Assembly (NCBI RefSeq): GCF_009914755.1
Contig: NC_060938.1
Reading direction: 5' to 3' (one strand)
Length of the DNA: 64,000 nt
DNA from: the human T2T-CHM13v2.0 reference genome, Homo sapiens
Under the pieces are notes generated by a model, which saw only the letters and a program-made list of their open reading frames with translations, ran no database searches and was not told where the DNA came from. Below, piece by piece: positions 55,171 to 64,000 of the stretch. The stretch's first letter is position 1. Each line of letters begins with the position of its first letter. A program made the position numbers and the translations under genes.

Positions 55171-56375
55171 TATGTATGAAACTGCTTGATTTAACTTTTC
55201 GTTTTTCCCTATCTGAGGACTCCAGGTTCTCTTAGTCAGACAATGATTGAGTTGGCGGGTGTTTCTCTTGGAAGACGCCTAAGTGCAGACAGCAGATCTG
55301 AGGTCTACCTTTGCACAAGCTTGACTTGGAACTGAAGCATCCCACACATACAAGCTGCGTGCAGAGATGCCACGGCCACATAAAAGCAGCTTAGCAGCAT
55401 GGAAACTTTATTTTTTTACAACCCGTTTCAATGGGATTGGATCCAGTGGTACAAATTTCACTAAGCCTGCCTTTTAAAAAAAGAGATTCATTCACATTTT
55501 CCCTAGATTTCTGGTTCTTTTCTCAAACTCATCAATATTGCCATTTAGCACTTCTGTGTTAATTGTAAAGCCAAGATAAGGATTTTCTTACATAAGCTGT
55601 AAGACAATGGCAGCCTTTGGATATAGTTCTGAGGCATCAAAGACTATAGACACAGACTGTAGATGTCAGTGCAAATACAGAAAGTAAATCTTTCCCCTAC
55701 ACAGCAGATGAGGTGGCATTCATGATTTCCTCCATGTGCATAGCCTCAGGGATGGAGACAAGGGGTCCCAGGGCAAGATTTTTGTAAGGGGGGACTCAAT
55801 AATCTGTAAAAAAGATGATTTCACGTGTGTGGTCCCATAGCTAGAGCCAGGGAATAAGAGCTAGGAATTCTTGGGTCTTATGATTACATCTATTGCCAAC
55901 TCACTGTGCACTCGAGTCTTGGTTATTCTCCTCTGTTTCATGACTATAAATGAGTATGACTCAGTCATCAGGCCAGTGTAAGAAATCTATGGGTGGCGCT
56001 ATATTTCCCCTCCATATTAGCCACCCTCTTAGAAATGCCTTTATGTACTCCTTCCCCTGTTAGCACTGGTAGAAAACAGTGCAGGGTATGGCGGGACCTG
56101 GAGCTGGCATCCCGGAGTGAGCAAATATACTTCAGGTCACACAGCTGTGACCCCAGTTCCCCACTTCTCTTCTTATGTGTCCCCAAAGCTTTCTTTAAGC
56201 TGTGTTAGAAAGATGCATTGCCATTGGTTAGAAGTGCTTCTGTCTTAAAACAAAAATTTTTACCTCAAACCACAGATAAGTCTATTTGAGAGGAAATTTA
56301 AGAATGGGGGCCTGAAGGCTAGTGTTGGGTTTAATTACATGCACTTACACAGTACTCTTCACACCTGGACTAGAG

Positions 56376-56523
56376 CAGCGCTTCACAAGCACATGAAACA
56401 CCTGGACATGTTGGTAAATGCAGATTCTGATTCAGGAGGCCTAGGCGGCTCTGAGATTCAGCATTTTTAGCAAAGTCCCTGATAATGTGATGTTGCAGGT
56501 CTCTGGCCCACACTTGAGTAGCA
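56376..56523. mobile_element. MER5A-like hAT-Charlie MITE
   Basis: aaatgcagattctgattcag...ctgagattcagcattttt...cacacttgagtagca. Confidence 0.8.
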
Positions 56524-56809
56524 AAGAAATAGAATATACCATCTAATTGCCCCCTTCCTTTTCCCAAAACAGAGACGTGGTATAATTTGTGCTTAAGAGT
56601 GAGGATCCTAGAGCTGGACTTCCTATGTTCAAATCTTGGTACCAGCAAGTGTCATCATAAGCAATAATTACTTAATGTCATTAAGCTTCAGTTTTTTTCT
56701 TCTGGAAAATGGGCTGATACAAGTATTAACCAAGATGATACCTTGGAAATCCAGATGAAAATTGATGAGGGCCTAAAATAAGGCTCTGGTAACAGGGGTT
56801 GAGAGAAGA

Positions 56810-57250
56810 GTATATGCTCCAGAGACACAAAGGAGTTCTGATTGACAGGACTGACCGAGTGTGGGAAGCGAGTACGGGAAGGAGTCAAGGGTGATTCCCA
56901 GATTTCTGGAGTGGATGCCTAGGCATTCATTCTAGCCACTGAATACACAAAAAGGTGCATGTGGTGAGTGGGGAGAGGGTGGCATTGGGGAGAAATGATG
57001 AATACAGTGTTGGACACAGTGATTTCGGGATCTGGGCTGGAGACACAGGTTTGAGAGAGCTCACCATGGAAAACCAAATGGGATGACAAGAAAGAAGAAG
57101 CTGGGACAGAACTCCAGCTAACACTGATGTTCAGGGAGTGAGCTGCAGAAGAAGATTGACAAAAGAGACTGAGAAAGAAGTATTGGAAAAGTAGGCAGAA
57201 AACCTGGAAAATGTGGTACCATTTCAGCGGGGAGGTTGGAAAATGGTAAC
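56810..57250 (-). mobile_element. L2 fragment
   Basis: ggagtcaagggtgattcccagatttctgg...gttggacacagtg...ggctggagac. Confidence 0.6.
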
Positions 57251-57291
57251 ACTGGCAGAGAAAGGGTGAGCAGAAAAGGAAGCACGTTTAG

Positions 57292-57549
<258 letters not shown>

Positions 57550-58583
57550 TAGGGATTTTGAAACACACTGTAGATGCCTCAGTAGAAGTAGGCAAAGACC
57601 TCTGACAGATAGCAACATTTAGATGCAATCATACAAGACCAGAGAAGTGAGGGGGGAGCAACCAGAAAACGTCTCGGGAAGAGAGGCCAGAAAATACACA
57701 GAAAAGGTATTCACAGAGGGTGGTCAGTGGTGGGTACAGCAGCTAGAAGAAAAAGGAGGACTTGTGTGTCATAGGCAATTTTTGTTTTTAAAATGTGACA
57801 ATTCGAAAAGCTAAAAAACAAGCCCTTCCTCCATGAAAAAAATTAAAAATCTTAAAAATTGTTTAATATAATGTTGTAAGTACTAGAGATTGAAAACATC
57901 AGTGAAAATTTGGAGGAAACCTTTAAAATCTGCATCTGTATAACAACCACTCCACTAATTAAAAAGTTCAATAAAGCAAGGCTTGTAAGCAAAATAGCAA
58001 ATAATTGGCCTGGATACTTTTTGACAGAATAGGCCAAACTGCTAGATAAGTTTTAACAGTGCACGTGTGCCTGAGACCTCAGTTAGGCTCCTTTTAGCAC
58101 AGAATTTTTGGGTTTTCTTTTCCACATCAGCTGTGGTGATCCACTTTGGATAACAGCCTCCACTGTTCTTCTAATTTTTCTTGCTTTTGTAGTGACCAGA
58201 GAAAATCAACATCAGTCCCTAGATCTGGAAATACTGAACTAAAAATTCTGTGATATAATTAAGAACATAGCCTGGGCTGATGGCAAAATGAACAGCAAGA
58301 CTTGGGAATCTGACCTTGTCCTGTTCATCTTGACATCCCAGCCTTTTGCGAACCCGGAACCCAACCCACAGGGGCACTTCACAAATGTTTGTTGAACGAA
58401 AGGCAACATAAAATATTGCATTTAACAAGCTCTGCTCAAATCCCACTACTTCAGAGGGCTTTTCCTGACGAATCCCACTCTCGGAAGGCACTTTGTACTC
58501 ATGGATTTCTATATAAGCTTTTAATCTTGCCATCTTGCAATTATTATTATTCATGTGTTGTTTTTAATTATTCTCTTATTAAT

Positions 58584-58606
58584 TTGTGTGTGTGTGTGTG
58601 TGTGTG
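58584..58606. repeat. (TG)n microsatellite
   Basis: About 11 TG units. Confidence 0.9.
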
Positions 58607-58933
58607 CTTGCACATGTACGCGGGCTTTATTTCCTCAATTCACTACAAGTCCTCTAAGTCAGATCCCTTATTTTCCTCTGCTTTGAATTCCCAAAGTGCC
58701 TTATGCAAGTCTGGGGACAGTAGTTACTTGTAGTTGAAATATCTCTCCTCCACTTCGACTGCACTGTTAAATATTTCAATCGTTGCCAATAGTTCTTTTG
58801 TCCCTGGTATGCATGCCATTTTACTTCACAGAAAAATAAAAGGCTTGACATATTTGAGTGCTAAGATTTCATAATAGAATGAATTTCTAAAAGAGTAAAT
58901 ACTTAATTCTTCTTTGTAAGTCTGGTAGAGACT

Positions 58934-58936
58934 TTA

Positions 58937-58972
<36 letters not shown>

Positions 58973-58992
58973 TATTTTATTTTATTTTTTTT
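58934..58992. repeat. (TTA)n/(TTTTA)n microsatellite
   Basis: Direct inspection. Confidence 0.9.
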
Positions 58993-61387
58993 CCCAGAAA
59001 ACCTCCATGTATACCTAAAGGCTAATGCCCAGCAGGTGCTATGAGACATTCAAGTGGGGGCTCTTACACATCAGACACACCCTGCGCTTTAATTCTGTAG
59101 ATCACAGGTGAAAGCACACTCCCTGGCTTCACAAAAAACAAAGATATTATGGGAAAGAGCCAAAGCAACAATCATATAAACTAATGAATTCTTTATGGTT
59201 TGCTTAAAAATAGACGTTTCCCTGGTGAGGATTCATTTAAGAAAAATCTTCTTCGGAAGCAGAAAGTTTTCCAAGTCAGGGAAGAATAAATCAGTTCTGC
59301 TAGATGCAAGAACATTTTAAAAGGGTAGGTGCTGCTGGTTCACACTTAGGGAAGTGCAAACATCAAAAGGCAGTATCTGTTTTCACTTTGATAACCATAA
59401 TTACCATCTTCATGTAATAAATACCACTAAAATTTATGCCCTTTATCAGCTTAACATAATATTCATTTATTCATTCATTCAACGAATATTTATTGGGTTC
59501 CTACTACATGTCAGGCACTGATTTAAGTGCTGAGGATACAAGAGAAGAGGAAACAAAATCCCTGTCTCTAGCTACCACATTCTGGTTTAATAAAATAATA
59601 TTAGCACAGCCGGATTATATATGTAAACTATAAGAAATTACTAAGGGGTTAAATTTTTTTGAAAATTGCTGAATATTTAAAATTTAAAATAACACTGCAG
59701 GAAATTGAGGACATAATTTTCATTTTATATAAACATTTTAAATCATTTTTGATGCAGTATTTTAAGCCCACAAAATAATAACCATCTAAAAGAACTGCTA
59801 CCTAATTCTTACACAAAAGGCATGTTGAGCCTCTTGGGAAGTGCACATTTTCCTAATTTTTAGGCTTTTAGAACCGATTACTTGGGGTCTTCTAGAATAT
59901 ACAGCATGATCACATATCGGGTTAATTAAAATAGAACCCTTTCTGAGATTAATAATAAATAATTTACTTACAAAACTTTAATGACATATCAAAAATAAAT
60001 TTCAATCCAGGCAAACTAGTTTTATTTATATCTATGAAGCTGCTAGGATGAACAAAGGCTTCTGGTACAAAGCACTTAACTCTAGGTCAACACAGATAGC
60101 TGGGTTTTCAAAAGAAGACCATTTGACTGATGGATTCTTTTGGCCTACGTGTTGACCCTGTTGTTGTTTCCCAAAGCTGTTCATGTTGTGGTTATTGTAA
60201 TAAAGCTCAGCTATTGAAAATCTGAAGCCACGCATCATAGCATATGCTTATTGTATGACATGTTTATTATTTTTCTTTCTGTTGGTTTTATGGTACATTC
60301 CCATGGTGGCACATGAATAACTATTATATATTTGTTTTCGAGGTGTGTGGGTTGGCTCAAAAGACAACTTTTGCCAGCTTCACCTGTGGTTGTAAGCTCA
60401 TTAGAATTCCAATATCCATGAAGGACTAGAGGAATCCTAGTACCTTTGAGCAATATGGCTTGATTTTCCTAGCCAAAGACTTTAATTCAAAGCTCTTTTA
60501 TAAATAGTACTGTCAACTGGTTTATTTCCTTCCTCTGTTACAAACAATAACATATTAGTTATGTTATGGAAATATCAATGTTCTAAACTTTCTTTATTCA
60601 CCCTTTTTGGAATACTAGATCCTTTAGAGGAATCATTTATTTTGGTGTTTCTTCTTAAGAAAAAAAAAGTCCACACTTACTGATTGCTGTGAGGATAGAA
60701 AAGCCAACTCTATCGTTTGTTCATACTATCTGTTTAATATAGAAGCAGTAATCCCGGAAAAAAATACTTTTAACATTTGCTTACAAACATTGTTTAGAAA
60801 ACAGTTTGCGTTTAAAGTATCAAATATTAGAGAATCTACTTGGTTAATATTTTTGAGATCTGCTACTTTGTCACATTTTTTTTTTTTTCAACCAGAGACT
60901 TTGGCTTTCTCATCAGTTCTTCATTAAAAGTCCCTGGATTGCCTTAAAGTGCAATCCCTTAGACAAATTTGGTTGCCTTTAAAAAAAACACCAGCAACAG
61001 AAAACCCAGTAGGAAAACAAGCATTATTCTAGAAAGCAGCAACCCTGGAAAGACAGTTTTGTTAGTGGAAACACATTAGTCTTTCACAAACTAAGCAATG
61101 ATGATATTTACAGAGCAGTTTGTAAAAGGTCAAACGCTCATCTTCTGCCAACAAATGCAAGGAAAAGCAGGTACTCCGGCAGGTTTTTCAAGCAGGGATC
61201 TATGGACACGTTTTCAGGAGTCTGAGACTTTCAGGATATTTAAGATAATTTTAATAGTTTTGTTTCAATAGCAGAGTAAAGATGTAAAAACTCAACCTTT
61301 TAGCAGTTCTAAAGACGGAACTTTTCTTTGCAGTGATAATTCTCAAATGTAAGCCATTTTAATAGAATAAGATTCTAATTTTTAGGT

Positions 61388-61490
61388 CAGCATTTCTCAA
61401 AGTGGACTCCACTGACGTGTTGTGGGGTTTCTGAAGATGATTCTATCCTTCCCAAGGGTGTCCAGGCATTATTCAAGTTTGAGAACCGGT
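61388..61490. mobile_element. Short hAT-Charlie-like MITE remnant
   Basis: Inverted termini cagcatttctcaaa ... tttgagaaccggtg. Confidence 0.45.
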
Positions 61491-63914
61491 GCTCTGCGGC
61501 GTGAACCGTTCCGTGCTGCAGAAAGGGCCGGCAAAGGCAGAGGGCGCCACCGTGAGGCCCCCATTTCAACGCTTGTCATTTCAATTGTGGTGGGTTAGAG
61601 ATCACAGGGAAGCAATGCTATCTGCTGAAGAGACATCAGACAGTGTAGTAAAAAGGGTAATCCATTTATTTTCAGAGAAGTTTTCCACTCAGAGATCATA
61701 CACGCTGCAGATCACAGAAACACATGCAAGCATGAAATTTAATTTTTAGTAACTCTTTCCTGGGGCTTCTATAGAAAGCAACAGTGAAAGGAAAATGATA
61801 ATCATGACAAGGCAATTACAGAGAGGTTTGGGGAAAACGAAAAACTTTGAAAACATGTAGTTTAAAATTGCTTTAATTAAAAAATAATGCAAGCTGCATT
61901 ATTTTAGCTCAAAAAACCAAAGTCAACATCACAGAGACAACACTTTTAAACTTTGAAATAGTTGAGAATGATAGATGCACGTTTTTTCCCAGAAGTGATT
62001 TTTTTCCCCTAGTGATTCAGAATCTATAAATGTGATAAATATTGACTTACTGGGCTCCCAACAGATGGAATGAAACATGTAGTAAAACAAAAGCAATACA
62101 CTTGTGTTTTGGCATGAAATGAGTGAGAGATTAAGCTGAGGCTTCCCTGTATTATTAAGAGGAAACAAAGTGGATAATATTAATGTTTATGCACAACTGC
62201 ATGCCATTTGCAGCAAATAAATATGGCAAACTCGAAAAAGAAGAAAAGAAATAAAAAGACCCAACCATTCTTTTTTTCCCAGGGCAATTATTCCCTTTCC
62301 TTTAATTTTCAAAAAAAATTAAAGGAAAATATTTTTTAATTACTGAAAAACAATAATTAAAAAGTTTCTATTCTTCTTAAGTTTTCTGACCACTCCTTTT
62401 GATTGCATGTTTTCAAGTATACACTGAGTGCACATTTATTTCAAAAGAAAATTATGATTTGGCTTGTCTAACAGTGCTAAGAAGGAATACTAATACAGTA
62501 AAATACTGACTTGAATTCCTCAATACTTACTTAAACACCTCCAAGACAGGATGGCATTTTTCCTGAAGGTAAAAGGTACAAAGCAATGAAAATTCAAATT
62601 ATAGAAGAACTATTTCATAACTATGACATGATATTGTCATACTAACACATAGGTGATTTTCCTCTATAAAAAAAAAATCTTTGGAAAGAATTTTTAGCTG
62701 AAATATGGGCCAAAATGGCAAGTTTTCCTTGAAAGCACCAGATGAAATAATATTTTTTAAATACATATATATATATGTATATATAAAATGTAAAAATCCA
62801 ATTATCAATGTTTTGGTTTTGGTTGTTACCTTTTGTTGCAATGATATAATGCTCTCTAGGGCCAGTGTAAAGAAGCGAAGATCAAAGAACTAAATTCTTA
62901 CATGTCAGGTTTTCCAAACCATCATCACTGCAACAAAATAATTTGTCAAATTGTCAAAATTTACAGGCATCCCAGACACAGGAAATTTTGACTGAGTTTG
63001 TGCCTTCACACAGTGCTAATCTCACTCCCGGAGCTGTAAACATGATGGCCGAAGTGACAGCCTGGCTACAAATCCGTCTGGCAGCTTCATTAGACATCTC
63101 TCGCCTGACTGATTAAACTGCATTTAAGACCCACTTTTATTTTTTCAAGCCTTTTGTTTAAATTAAAAGGTCGTGTTTTCAAGCAAATGATCCGCTGTTC
63201 CCTTCCATCCAGGACCATAATACAGTTACATTATTACTAGTGTTACCCAAAGGAGAGTGAGTCAGATGCCCTGCACACCAGCCAGGGGCTCCTCCCCTGG
63301 GGAAGCCGGGACACTGGGGAGGGGGACTGTTTATTTATTTGCAGAAGAACCTAGTGAGGAGGCCTGGCTGGGGAACATTGAAGTCGTCATCAAAGTCCTA
63401 ATGGCCTCCTAATGGGAAAATTTGGGGTTCAATATTAAGGACATACCAGCAATTTCAACAGTCATCCTTTAAAATTGTAGCAGTAACTTTATCTTGAAGT
63501 GGATGCCTTTTCACAAATCTTGATATTTTATCACTGTCCATGCTTAAAAAAACAACTAAAAAGTCAGCTTTCTAAGAACCCAGATCGCTGCATCAAGAAA
63601 ATATAATGGAAACACATGCTACACTGTAAATAATATTTGCTAACTTTTGCTGTAATGTATCAGGAGGTTCATATTATAAATAAAACAGAGGGCAGCTCCA
63701 CGCTCCTGAGCCCCTATTGCAGGCATTCAAGCCAAACAAGGAAAAATGCAGGAAACTTCACTGATTCTTTCCTGTGGTTTTTCTGTTGGTGTGTGTGGCA
63801 AATACAGAAGAGGCGTCTGAGAAATAAACCATTCCTGAGCTGTCTTAACTTCATGGGCAACCACTAAAGACTGTTTCCCATACATTTCACAGCAGGCACA
63901 AGAGCAAGAATATG

Positions 63915-64000
63915 GGCCAGGCGCAGCGGCTCACACCTGTAATCCCAGCACTTTGGGAGGCTGAGGTGGGTGGATCACGAGGTCAAGAGTTCGAGACCAG
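63915..64000 (+). mobile_element. Alu 5' end, cut by the window edge
   Basis: ggccaggcgcagcggctcacacctgtaatcccagcactttggg. Confidence 0.95.

Overview
Human or great-ape genomic DNA (AluY-like elements, LTR12C, THE1). I can support no intact protein-coding gene. Most of the ORF track is Alu/L1/LTR or simple-repeat translation. The middle of the window (~6-57 kb) is dense in interspersed repeats, while the two ends are largely unique DNA with enhancer-like motif clusters. Main elements: (1) a full-length processed pseudogene of ZCCHC7 (TRAMP Zn-knuckle subunit) at ~35.3-37.85 kb on the + strand. (2) A 463-bp, ~99%-identical inverted copy of its 3' CDS/3'UTR at 38943-39405. It was copied from the pseudogene itself (shared frameshift) and is wedged between a (GGAA)n array and a 32-bp Alu stub, forming a long potential hairpin. 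(3) A complete solo LTR12C promoter at 50086-51631, pointing towards this hairpin and antisense to the pseudogene. (4) An LTR-less HERV-K pro/pol fragment captured between two different Alu halves. The best candidate for an undescribed system is an LTR12C-driven pseudogene-hairpin/antisense RNA aimed at ZCCHC7. This is inference; the sequence shows the architecture, not expression. Repeat subfamily names and boundaries are by eye and approximate.
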